DNA from: an uncultured Solirubrobacterales bacterium
Lineage (GTDB): Bacteria; Actinomycetota; Thermoleophilia; Solirubrobacterales; Solirubrobacteraceae
Assembly: GCA_963722995.1 (NCBI GenBank)
Contig: CAVROW010000011.1
Coordinates: forward strand, 303,644 to 367,643
Reading direction: 5' to 3'
Length of the DNA stretch: 64,000 nucleotides
Below, in pieces: positions 1-9,223 of the stretch. The translations under genes were made by a program, and so were the position numbers. The notes beneath the pieces are model-generated. The model did no database searches, was not told the DNA's origin, and was given only the letters and a program-made list of their open reading frames with translations. Numbering within the stretch: position 1 is the first letter of the stretch; each line of letters begins with the position of its first letter.

Positions 1-60
1 CCCGCGCGGGAGCGGGCTTGGGCTTCGCCGCCCGCGCGGGAGCGGGCTTCGGCTTCGCGC
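1..60. repeat. Two near-identical 30-bp tandem units in the kinase linker (AKPKPAPARA-like)
   Basis: cccgcgcgggagcgggcttgggcttcgccg followed by cccgcgcgggagcgggcttcggcttcgcgc. Confidence 0.85.
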
Positions 61-946
61 GCGCCGGCGCCGGTGCCTGGGCCGCCGGCGCGCTGCCGGG
101 CGCCACCGCGACCGCACCGGCCTCGGTGACATCGGGGACGAGCGCCTGGCGCAGCCGCGCCACGAGCTCGCCGGCACTCCGCGGCCGATCCCCGGGCTTG
201 CGCGACATGCCGCGCGTCAGCAGCTTGGCCGCCGCTGCCGGCGCGTCCGGCCACGCGGCGCGCAGGTCGGGCGGCGGGCTCGTGGCGATCGCGTGGGCCA
301 GCGCGAGCGGGTTGGGCTCGTTGCGCGCCTTGCGTCCGGACAGCGCCTCGAACGCCACCGCGGCGAGCGCGTAGATGTCGGCCGCGGGCGTGGCTCGCGT
401 CCCGCCGAGCTGCTCGGGGGCCATGTAGCTGAACGTCCCGACGACGCCCCCCTCGGTCGTGATCCGGGTCCGATCGGGCGCAGAGGCGACCCCCAGGTCG
501 GCGAGCTTCACGCTTCCGTCGCGGCCGAGCAGGATGTTGGCCGGCTTGACGTCGCGGTGGACGATTCCCTGCGCGTGGATCGCGTCGAGCCCGGCGGCCA
601 CGCCTTCGAGGATCCGGAGCGCCCGCGCCACCTCGAGCCGCCCCCCGCGCCGGACCGCGTCGCGGAGCGTCTCGCCTTCGACGTACTCCATCACGATCAC
701 CTGCTCGCCCTCCTCGACGGTGACGATGTCGTAGATCGGGACGAGGTTCGGGTGGCTGAGCGAGGCGCCGATCAGCGCCTCGCGGCGCAGCCGCGACAGA
801 CCGCGGGTGTCTTCGGTCGCGTGCAGGCGCTTGAGCGCGACGCGCCGGCCGAGGAGCGTGTCTTCGGCCAGCATCACCGTCGACATCCCGCCGTGCCCGA
901 GCGCGGATATGTGGCGGTAGCGCTCGAGATCAGTGGTGGTGGACAC
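1..946 (-). CDS. Hanks-type Ser/Thr protein kinase (3' end runs off the window; absent from the ORF track)
   Basis: Manual reverse-strand translation from GTG 946: MSTTTDLERYRHISALGHGGMSTV...VALKRL...HRDVKPANILL...KLADLGVA...GTFSYMAPEQ, followed by a Pro/Ala/Lys linker. Confidence 0.93.
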   Translation of the reverse strand, partial: MSTTTDLERYRHISALGHGGMSTVMLAEDTLLGRRVALKRLHATEDTRGLSRLRREALIGASLSHPNLVPIYDIVTVEEGEQVIVMEYVEGETLRDAVRRGGRLEVARALRILEGVAAGLDAIHAQGIVHRDVKPANILLGRDGSVKLADLGVASAPDRTRITTEGGVVGTFSYMAPEQLGGTRATPAADIYALAAVAFEALSGRKARNEPNPLALAHAIATSPPPDLRAAWPDAPAAAAKLLTRGMSRKPGDRPRSAGELVARLRQALVPDVTEAGAVAVAPGSAPAAQAPAPARAKPKPAPARAAKPKPAPAR

Positions 947-1019
947 CGCTACGAACTACCCGCGGCTGACCGGAAATCCACCATTCGCGCACGCCCGCGC
1001 GTGAACGCTGCGCGCGAGG

Positions 1020-1253
1020 CTAGGACACGCTGCGCGGCGCCCGGTAGTCGTAGTCCCGCTCGTCGGAGACGACGCGACGCCGGCGGTCAGCCCACAGGGT
1101 CATCGTCAGCAGGGAGATCAGCAGGCCAACGATCCCGACGACGATCAGGATGATGCCGATCGTGTGGATGTTGAAGCCCTTGGTGGTGACGGTCACCGCA
1201 AAGCGGAGAATCGCCCCGACTGCGATCAGAAAAAGCGAAGTGCCCAATGCCAT
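1020..1253 (-). CDS. Small two-TM membrane protein (DUF6458-like)
   Basis: MALGTSLFLIAVGAILRFAV...IGIILIVVGIVGLLISLL; AGGAG RBS upstream of ATG 1253. Confidence 0.8.
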   Translation of the reverse strand: MALGTSLFLIAVGAILRFAVTVTTKGFNIHTIGIILIVVGIVGLLISLLTMTLWADRRRRVVSDERDYDYRAPRSVS

Positions 1254-1293
1254 TAGACGCTCCTGTCGTTGGATTTCAGGCCAGAGATCTGGC

Positions 1294-1319
1294 TTTCCCT
1301 CATCGGGTCGCGCCGAAAC
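1294..1319 (-). promoter_or_regulatory. SigB/SigF-type general-stress promoter for the small membrane protein
   Basis: Minus strand GTTT-N16-GGGAAA matches the GTTT-N14-17-GGGWAW consensus. Confidence 0.55.
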
Positions 1320-1439
1320 GGCGCCTGGACAGAGCTCGTACTCACAAAATCCGTGCACTCGCGGCCAGAACGCCGTCCGACAGCCCCCGCCGCCACCGTC
1401 GCAGCCCGCCTCGCCGCCCCTGTACCCTGAGGCGAGCGT

Positions 1440-3845
1440 ATGGCCTACGTCGAGGAGAGCCCGGGGATAAGGGGGTCGATCAACGAGCACGGCTCGGCGC
1501 TTGCGCACGAGTGGCGGCGCTTGACCCGCGTGGCGACGGCTGTAGCCCTGCTCACGAGCCCCGCCTTCTTCCTGATCCTGTACGAGTCCGATCATCTCGG
1601 GCTCGTCCTCTCGCTACTGATCACGATCGCCGCGGTCGTCATCTTCCGGGGCCTGATCGAGGTCGTGGTCCGCCGGTTGATCCCGTGGCCGAGCCTGTAC
1701 GGAGCCGAGGAGGGCCTCAAGCACGACGATCTCGTCGCCCGCCGCCGCTACTGGTACTGGCGAACCAAGCTCCGGCGGGTCCCGGTCCTGATCGGGTTCA
1801 TCCTGCTTCTGCTCGCCCTGTGCCAGCTCCTGTTCGCGTTCTCCGGAGTCAGCGGCTCGTTCTTCAACCCATTCGCGGGACTGCGTCAGATCTTCCCGCC
1901 GGACACCCTCCCCCAGCTGGCGCTGGTGTTCGTGCAGCTGCCGCTGCTGCTGTTCATCAACGTGTTCATCCTGTTCGGGCCGTTCCTGTTCATGGCCGTG
2001 CGCGGGATCCGCAGCTACGAGCCGGGCGACGCGAGCTGGGGCGTCCGGATCGACGACGTGCGCGGCCAGGCGGAGGCCAAGGACGAGATCACGCGCGTGA
2101 TCACCCTGTGGCAGTCGGGCGAGGAGTTCGAGAAGGCGGGCGGCAAGCGCGAGCGGGGCCTGCTCTTCCTGGGAGCCCCCGGGACCGGCAAGACGATGAT
2201 CTCGAAGGCGATCGCCACGAACTTCAACTGCCCGTTCGTGACGATCCCGGGGTCGGGCTTCGCGCAGATGTTCATGGGGATGGACGCGCTCGTGGTGCAG
2301 TTCCTCGCGCACAAGGCGCGCAAGCTCGCTCGCAAATGGGGCGGCCAGTGCATCGTGTTCATCGACGAGATCGATGCCGTGGGGATGCGCCGCCAGGCGC
2401 TCCAGGGCGGTTCCGGCATGACCGAGCCCCAGTCGATCCACGACCTCTGCTTCTTCGGCTCCAACGGCGCGCTCACGCCGAGCGGCGACCTCGTGCAGGA
2501 GTCGCGCGCCTGGCGGGAGATGCTGTTCGCGAGCCGCGCTGCACAGTCCGAGCACACCTACGGCCCGCTCCTGGGCGCGGTCCGGGGGAAGATCGAGCGG
2601 ATCATCCCCGGGATGTTCGGCGGCTACCAGGGCCAGGCGCTGAACCAGCTGCTCGTGGTCATGGACGGCATCGACGAGCCCCCCGCGATGCGCAAGTTCC
2701 TCACCAACCGGGTCAACACGTTCCTCGATGCGATGTTCATCGTTCCGAGCAAGGTCGGCAAGATCTCCCTGCGCATGCCCCCGCCTCGGGTCCGCCCCGA
2801 GCAGATCTACTTCATCGGCGCCTGCAACGTCCCGATCGAGGTGCTCGATCCGGCGCTCACCCGCCCGGGCCGGATGGGACGGCACATCTGGTTCCGCACG
2901 CCGACCAAGGACGATCGTCTGGACATCTTCGACCTGTACCTGGCCAAGGTCGCCCACGAGCCCAACCTGGACACCGCGCACCGCCGTGACGAGCTGGCGC
3001 GGATCACCAGCGGCTACTCCCCCGCGATGATCGAGCAGTGCTGCTCGATGGCGCTGACCCTCGCGCACTCGGAGGGCCGCCGTGAGTTCGGCTGGCGCGA
3101 CATCGTCGAGGCGATGACCACCGTCGAGACCGGTACGGCGCAGAACATCGAGTACATCCAGGAGGAGACACGCGCCGTGGCGATCCACGAGGCCGGCCAC
3201 GCCGCGGCCGGTCACGTGTTCCTGGAGAAGGAGTTCCTCTCCACTCGCCTATCGATCCGCAAGCGCGGCGGGTCGCTCGGGCACTACCAGAGCATGGAGA
3301 AGGACGAGCGCTTCTCGCACTTCCGCAGCCACGTGATGGGCACGCTGATCATGACCCTCGGCGCGATGGCCGCCGAGCACGTGTTCTACGGCGAGAACTC
3401 GCAGGGCGTCGGCGGCGACGTCGGCAGCGCCACGATGACGGCGGCGGCGATGGTCGGCTACTGGGCGATGGGGCCCGACCCGGTGCACATCGGCGGCAGC
3501 CTCGAGGGCGACGAGGACCTGGACCAGGTATTCAGGCGACTCGAGCGGATCGGAAACGCGATCATGAACCGATCGCGCGGCGGCGCCGCGTTCACGGGCG
3601 ATCCGGTGGCGTCGATCCTGGGCGATCGGGAGAAGCGCCGTGCCGCGGCGCAGATCCTCGGTCAGGCCTACGTCACCGCCTACGCGCTGATCTCGAGCAA
3701 CCGCGACCAGGTCGAGCGGATCGCCGACACGCTGATCGAGCGCAGGGAGATGCATGGCGACGAGGTCATCGACATGCTCAACGCGGTCGGCCTGACGCGG
3801 CCCGAGATCGACCTCATGGACGACCGGACATGGCCGAAGGTGTGA
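1440..3845 (+). CDS. Divergent FtsH-like membrane AAA+ ATPase / M41 zinc protease
   Basis: About 4 N-terminal TM helices; Walker A GAPGTGKT; pore loop FAQMFMG; Walker B FIDEID; SRH DPALTRPGR; HEAGH; AAEH...GVGGD third Zn-ligand region. Confidence 0.88.
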   Translation: MAYVEESPGIRGSINEHGSALAHEWRRLTRVATAVALLTSPAFFLILYESDHLGLVLSLLITIAAVVIFRGLIEVVVRRLIPWPSLYGAEEGLKHDDLVARRRYWYWRTKLRRVPVLIGFILLLLALCQLLFAFSGVSGSFFNPFAGLRQIFPPDTLPQLALVFVQLPLLLFINVFILFGPFLFMAVRGIRSYEPGDASWGVRIDDVRGQAEAKDEITRVITLWQSGEEFEKAGGKRERGLLFLGAPGTGKTMISKAIATNFNCPFVTIPGSGFAQMFMGMDALVVQFLAHKARKLARKWGGQCIVFIDEIDAVGMRRQALQGGSGMTEPQSIHDLCFFGSNGALTPSGDLVQESRAWREMLFASRAAQSEHTYGPLLGAVRGKIERIIPGMFGGYQGQALNQLLVVMDGIDEPPAMRKFLTNRVNTFLDAMFIVPSKVGKISLRMPPPRVRPEQIYFIGACNVPIEVLDPALTRPGRMGRHIWFRTPTKDDRLDIFDLYLAKVAHEPNLDTAHRRDELARITSGYSPAMIEQCCSMALTLAHSEGRREFGWRDIVEAMTTVETGTAQNIEYIQEETRAVAIHEAGHAAAGHVFLEKEFLSTRLSIRKRGGSLGHYQSMEKDERFSHFRSHVMGTLIMTLGAMAAEHVFYGENSQGVGGDVGSATMTAAAMVGYWAMGPDPVHIGGSLEGDEDLDQVFRRLERIGNAIMNRSRGGAAFTGDPVASILGDREKRRAAAQILGQAYVTAYALISSNRDQVERIADTLIERREMHGDEVIDMLNAVGLTRPEIDLMDDRTWPKV

Positions 3846-4744
3846 ACCAGCGCCGGCAGCTCATGCAGGCCAGCGAGGAGCACACGGCCGACCGGGCGCT
3901 CCCCGCTGCGGCGCGGGTGCGTCGCAGCAGTGGACGAACCCGGCCGGCGACGCCCCATTCGCACAAGTTCCTCGCCGCCACCGCGATGCTGATCGGGATC
4001 GCGGTGGGCGCCGTCGTCGTCGCCGTTGTCGTTGCGGCCTCGTCCCGCAGCTCAGGCTCGAGCGTCCAATGGTCGGCCTGGTCGCCACCGGACCACGGGC
4101 TGGCAGGGGAGCGCGAGATCGCCGACGAGCTCTCCCCCTTCTACCGCGCCAGCGCCGCCACGCAGCTTGCCGTGGTCACGGTCCAGAACATCTCGGGGCC
4201 CAGCTCCTCGGGCTCGGGGAGCGGGAGCGAGATCGCTCTGCGCGATCCCTCCACGGGGGCCCTCTCAGCCGTCGGCGGGAACACGGCCATCTACAACCTG
4301 TGCGGACTCGGACCCGGCTGCTCGATCGCCGGCGGGAGCCCGTCCGCGGCGCGCTTCCTGCTGCTCCGCCGCGAGGCCCTCGAGCTCTCGCTCTACACGT
4401 TCAAGTACATCTCCGGCATCCAGAACGTCGTGGCGATCTTGCCCCCGAGCCGCGCGAACGTGCAGACGTGCACCGGCCTGTGCGCCCAGCCGAACCCGCC
4501 GACTACGACCAAGACCGAGGACCTCGCGGTCGTGTTCCAGCGCGACAGCCTGGGCCGCTTCCTCCAGCAGCCGCTTGACGAGACGCTGCCCGGCCCGCTG
4601 CCGCCGAGCGTCGCGGACATGGACAAGGCGCCCGAGGCCGAGCTCGTCGACGTAATCACGGGCAGCGCGCTGTTCCAGCAGCAGAACGTGCAGTCGCAGG
4701 ACGGGAGCAACGTCCTCGTGCTGAGCCCTCAGCCGCCGCAGTGA
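3842..4744 (+). CDS. Hypothetical single-pass membrane protein with Cys-containing extracytoplasmic domain
   Basis: GTGA overlap with the FtsH-like stop; one TM (FLAATAMLIGIAVGAVVVAVVVAAS); Cys pairs LCGLGPGC and TCTGLC. Confidence 0.75.
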   Translation: MNQRRQLMQASEEHTADRALPAAARVRRSSGRTRPATPHSHKFLAATAMLIGIAVGAVVVAVVVAASSRSSGSSVQWSAWSPPDHGLAGEREIADELSPFYRASAATQLAVVTVQNISGPSSSGSGSGSEIALRDPSTGALSAVGGNTAIYNLCGLGPGCSIAGGSPSAARFLLLRREALELSLYTFKYISGIQNVVAILPPSRANVQTCTGLCAQPNPPTTTKTEDLAVVFQRDSLGRFLQQPLDETLPGPLPPSVADMDKAPEAELVDVITGSALFQQQNVQSQDGSNVLVLSPQPPQ

Positions 4745-4929
4745 TCGCGCTTCAGCGGGGCCGCCGGCTCGTGGCCCGGGCAGCTCGTGACCGGCAGCCG
4801 CGGATAGCGGGGGAAGCGCTCGGGCTCGGTCTTCGACCGCCGGCACAGGGAGAACGACGAGCCCCGCGTGTTGCGCACCACCTGCTGATGGCGGCACGAA
4901 TCGCACAGCCCGGCCGGCGGGCCGCTCAC
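4729..4929 (-). CDS. Small Cys-rich protein, putative metal-binding
   Basis: MSGPPAGLCDSCRHQQVVRNTRGSSFSLCRRSKTEPERFPRYPRLPVTSCPG; GTG overlaps the upstream TGA. Confidence 0.65.
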   Translation of the reverse strand: MSGPPAGLCDSCRHQQVVRNTRGSSFSLCRRSKTEPERFPRYPRLPVTSCPGHEPAAPLKRDHCGG

Positions 4930-7735
4930 CCCCGCGTGAGCTCCTCGAGCACGAGCACGAACGAGCGGTAGTCGCGCCCGGTGACCTGCTGGAGCGCGGA
5001 CTCGCACGTCCGGTTGCTCGACACGCACGCGTCGAGCGGGCGGCCGTCGAGTTCGCGGGCGACGTCGCGCAACGCCGAAGCGGGAAGCTCCGGGTGCAGC
5101 CAGCCGCGATCGCCGGCCATCCCGCAGCAGCCGGTGACCGGCGGCATCACTAGCTCTTCGGCCATCTGGGAGGCGATCGCGGTCAGCTTCGGGCCGAGTC
5201 CGAGGTGGCCGGCGGAGCAGTTCGGATGCACGGTGATCGTGCCCAGTGTGCGCCGGAGCTCGAGCCGTGGCAGCAGCTCGTCGTGGACCCACTCGATCGA
5301 GTCGAGCACGGCTACGCTCGCCTCGCGCAGGGCGTGGCTGCACGAGGAGGCGTCGAGGACCACCGGGAGCGCTCCGCCTTCGCTCCAGCGATCGATCGCG
5401 GCCGCAGTCCGCCGGGAGATCAGCTCGTACCCGTCGGAGAAGCCCTTGCTACTCCAGGGCAGTCCGCAGCAGTGCCCGGCGACCTCGTCGGGGATCCACA
5501 GGGGCAGACCGGCGCGCTGAGAGATCGCCACGAGCGCTTCGGGCACCGTCGGGTGCGGCGCCGCGTCGCGCGAATTGCCGAAGATGCGGTTGACGCACGC
5601 CGGCAGGTACACCGCCGCGGCGCCCTCGCGCACCGTGAACGGAAGGTGCGCAGGAGCCGCCGCCGGAGGACTCATGCGCCCGCGCGATGGCAAGGGCAGG
5701 CGAAGCGCGCCCCGGGCGGCACGCTCCGACGGTCGCGAAGCCGCGTGCCGCCGCCGCGCCGGCCCGCTCCGCCCGCTCGCCGTGGGAGCGCTCGCGCAGT
5801 TGCTTGATCAGCTTGCCCGTGTCGATTCCGACCGGGCAAGCCGGCGCGCAGGTCCCGTCGGCGGCGCACGTCTGCATCGCGTCGTACTCGTACTGCTCGA
5901 GCAGCGCGCGGCGCACCGGGGAGTCGTCCGGCTGGCGGGCCATCTCGCGCCTGAGCACGATCCGCTGCCGGGGGGTGGTCGTGACGTTGCGCGAAGGGCA
6001 TACCGGCTCGCAGGCGCCGCACTCGATGCATTTCGTGGCCACCTCCTCGATCTCTGGCGTCGACTTGAGGTGGCGCAGATGGACGTCCGCATCCCGGTTG
6101 AGGACGATTCCCGGACCGAGGATCCCGTCGGGATCGGCCAGCCGCTTGACCCGCCACATGAGCTCGGTGGCCTCGGGGCCCCACTCCCTCTCGACGAACG
6201 GGGCCATGTTGCGGCCGGTGCCGTGCTCGGCCTTGAGCGAGCCGTCGTACTTGTCGACGATCAGCGCGACCAGGTCATCCATGAACGCCTGGTAGCGCTC
6301 GAGGTCCTCGGGCTTCTCGAAGTTCGGGGTGAGCGTGAAGTGCAGGTTCCCGGCCGAGGCATGACCCGCCACGCCCCACAGGAACCCGTGCTTACGCAGC
6401 AGCTCCGGGATGTCCTTGGCCGCCTCCGCGACGCGGGCCGGCGGTACGCACACGTCCTCCATGATCAGCGACGCGCCGGGCGGGCGCATCGCCGCCATCA
6501 ACCCGTGCAGCCCTTCGCGCACGTGCCAGAACATCCTCGTCTCGTCGAGATCGCGCGAGAACCGCGGCGCCTCGATCGTCGCCCGTCCCTCGAGCAGCGC
6601 CAGCGCCTCGCGCTCGTGGCCGTCGAGCTCCGCCGGATCATCGGCGCGAAACTCGGCCAGGATCGCGGCCGCTTCGGGCGGGAGCTCCTTCCAGGACTCC
6701 GGCACCCCCGGCATGTTGTACGCCGCGGCGATCAGCGTCGGCGCGACCAGCAACTCGGTGGCGCTCGTCCCCTGCTCGACGAGCGGCGCGACCACCTCGG
6801 CCGCGGCGTCCACAGACTCGAACAGCAGCATTCCGGTGAGCGTGTGGCGGGGGTGCGGGACCGTCTCGAACACGGCCTCGGCCACGAACGCGAGCGTGCC
6901 CTCCGAGCCGATGATCAGGCGCCGGAAGATCTCGAGCGGCGTGTCGGCGTCGAGGAACGCGCACAGGCGATAGCCGGTCGTGTTCTTGATCTCGAACTTG
7001 CGCCGCACCCGGTCGGCGAGCTCGCCGTTCTCGCGGAGCTCATCTCGGATGCGCGTGAGGCCCTCGGCGAGCGCGGGCGCGAGCTCGGCGAAGCGCTGCT
7101 TCGGCGTCCGGGGCGGCGGTGTCGATGACCGCGCCGTTGGGCAGCACGAACGTCATCGACCGGATCGTGCGGTAGGAGTCGGCGATGACCCCGCAGCGCA
7201 TCCCGCCGGAGTTGTTGGCCACCACGCCGCCGACGCAGGCGATGTCGGTCGAGGCCGGGTCCGGCCCGACGCGCCGGTCGTAGCGGGCCAGGCGCCGGTT
7301 GACGTGACCGAGCACCATTCCCGGCTGGGCTCGCACCCGCCGGCCCTCGTCCTCGACCTGAACGCGCTGCCAGTGGCGGCGGGCGTCGACGAGCACCGAA
7401 TCGGTCTGGGTCTGGCCGTTCAGTGAGGTCCCGCCGGCGCGGAACACGAGCGGCGTCCCGGTCCGCCGCGCGAACGCCAGCAACGCGACGATGTCCCCAA
7501 CGTGGCGCGCCATGACGACCGCCTGGGGGATCAGGCGGTAGGGGCTGGCATCGGAGGCGTACTTGACCAGGTCGGTCGCGCGCGCGAGCACGCGGTCGCT
7601 GCCGAGGGCGTCGATCAGCCCGCTGCGCAGCGGCTCGGGGGTCCCGGTGGCGACCCACTCGGGCACCCGATCCTCGCTCGGCGACCCGGCCGGGGGCGCG
7701 ATCCGCTCCATCTCGCGGGTCAGGAGCTTCATCAC
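4926..7735 (-). CDS. FAD-binding/4Fe-4S D-lactate (2-hydroxyacid) dehydrogenase-like oxidoreductase; frameshifts near 7100 and 5700-5730
   Basis: FRAGGTSLNGQ; GPDPAS; GSEGTL; GHASAGNLH; LKAEHGTGRNM; CIECGACEPVCP; CCG domains; spread over three ORFs. Confidence 0.88.
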
Positions 7736-9223
7736 TCAGAGCTCCGCCAGGACCTCGCGCGCGGCGCGCTCGCCCGAGCGCACGGCGCCGTCCATGTAGC
7801 CGTTCCAGTAGTCGGAGGTCTCGGTCCCGGCCCAGTGGATGCGGCCCACCGGCGCGCGCAGGTGCGGCCCGTACGTGCTGAGCGTCCCGAGCGTCGGGAT
7901 GCCCACCGGACAGCCCCTGGTCCACACCTCGCCCGACCAGTTGGTCTCGAAGAAGGCGATCGGGTGGCGGGCCTGCGCGCCCCAGTAGCGCGCGAACTGC
8001 TCGAGCACGGCCGTGCGCCGCGAGGCCGGCGGTCATCGAGTTGTACCTGCGCGCGTTGTCGCCGCCGACGAAGCCGAACACGACGCCGGGCCGGCCCGAC
8101 GGTGGCGAGTCGTCGAACGTCTGGCTGACCGGGCCGCGGGTGTCGAGCGCCTGGCCGTTGTAGCCCTCGTGGCGCCAGAACGGCGTCCTGTAGACCGCGG
8201 CGACCTTGGTCAGCGTCCCCTGCGGATAGCGCTGGGTGAGGTGGTCGCGAGCCACGCGGCAGCCCCGGGTCGTAGTGGATCCGCGCGCTCAGGACGGGGG
8301 CCATGGCCACGATCACCCGCTTGGCCTGGACCGTGAGCCGGTCGGAGTGCACGGTCACGCGCCCGCTTGCCGTGGTCGATCCTCCGCACCGGCGTGCTCA
8401 GCTGGACCCGGTCTCCCAGCCGGTGGGCCAGCCGCAGCGCGATCAGCTGCGAGCCGCCCACGAAGCGCGACTGCTGAGCGCCCTCCTCGGTCGAGAAGTT
8501 GCGCTGAAACGTCCCGGGGTTGCTCGCGTCGCCCGACGAGGCGATGTAGAACAGCGTGAACAGCAGCGAGAGCTCGCGCGGCTCGGCGCCGAAGATCGGG
8601 CGCGTCGCCGCGGGGACGATCTCCCGGAACTGCGGCGTCGGGTGACGGCTCTCGATCCAGCCGTGGAGGGTCTGGGCGTCCCAGGCGCGGGCGCTCGAGG
8701 CGCTCCAGGGCGCCTCCACCGGGACGTCGGCCGACATCGCATTGAGCTCGAGCACGACCTCGAACAGGTCGGGGGCGACCTGCGGGTCGGTCGCGGGCGC
8801 CGGCGAGAACGGGCTCGAGCCGCTATAGGTGCGTCGGCCCTGGCTCGAGACGAACACGACGTTGCCCTTGTTGTAGGTGGGAAACGTGCGCACGCCGAGC
8901 GAGCGCGCCCGCGCCATCACCCGGTCCTGCGTCGGCCCCACGAACGTCCCTCCTCGCTCGGAGACGTGTCCGCCGCCGAGATCGTGGTTCCACACGCGCC
9001 CGCCGACCCGGTCGCGGGCCTCGAGGACGAGGACGGAGTGCCCGGCGCGATGGATGTCGCTGGCCGCGGCGAGGCCGGCGAAGCCACCGCCGACCACGAC
9101 GACGTCGACCGTGCGCGCCCTGGCGTGTGGTCGAGCGCGAGGCAACCGCCGGGAGCGTGGCCGTCGAGGCGCCCGCGAGCGCCCCTGCGACGAACCCCGA
9201 CGGGTGATCTCGTGCTCGCCCAT
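7736..9223 (-). CDS. Tat-exported flavin monoamine-oxidase-family protein (paralog 2); several indels
   Basis: ITRRGFVAG Tat motif; [10 protein letters not shown]; EARDRVGGR; WTRGCPVG; HWAGTET...[14 protein letters not shown]. Confidence 0.85.

Noticed and set aside
480-510. DLG instead of DFG suggesting a pseudokinase
   Set aside because: The Mg-binding Asp, the VALK Lys and HRD are intact, and DLG occurs in active kinases
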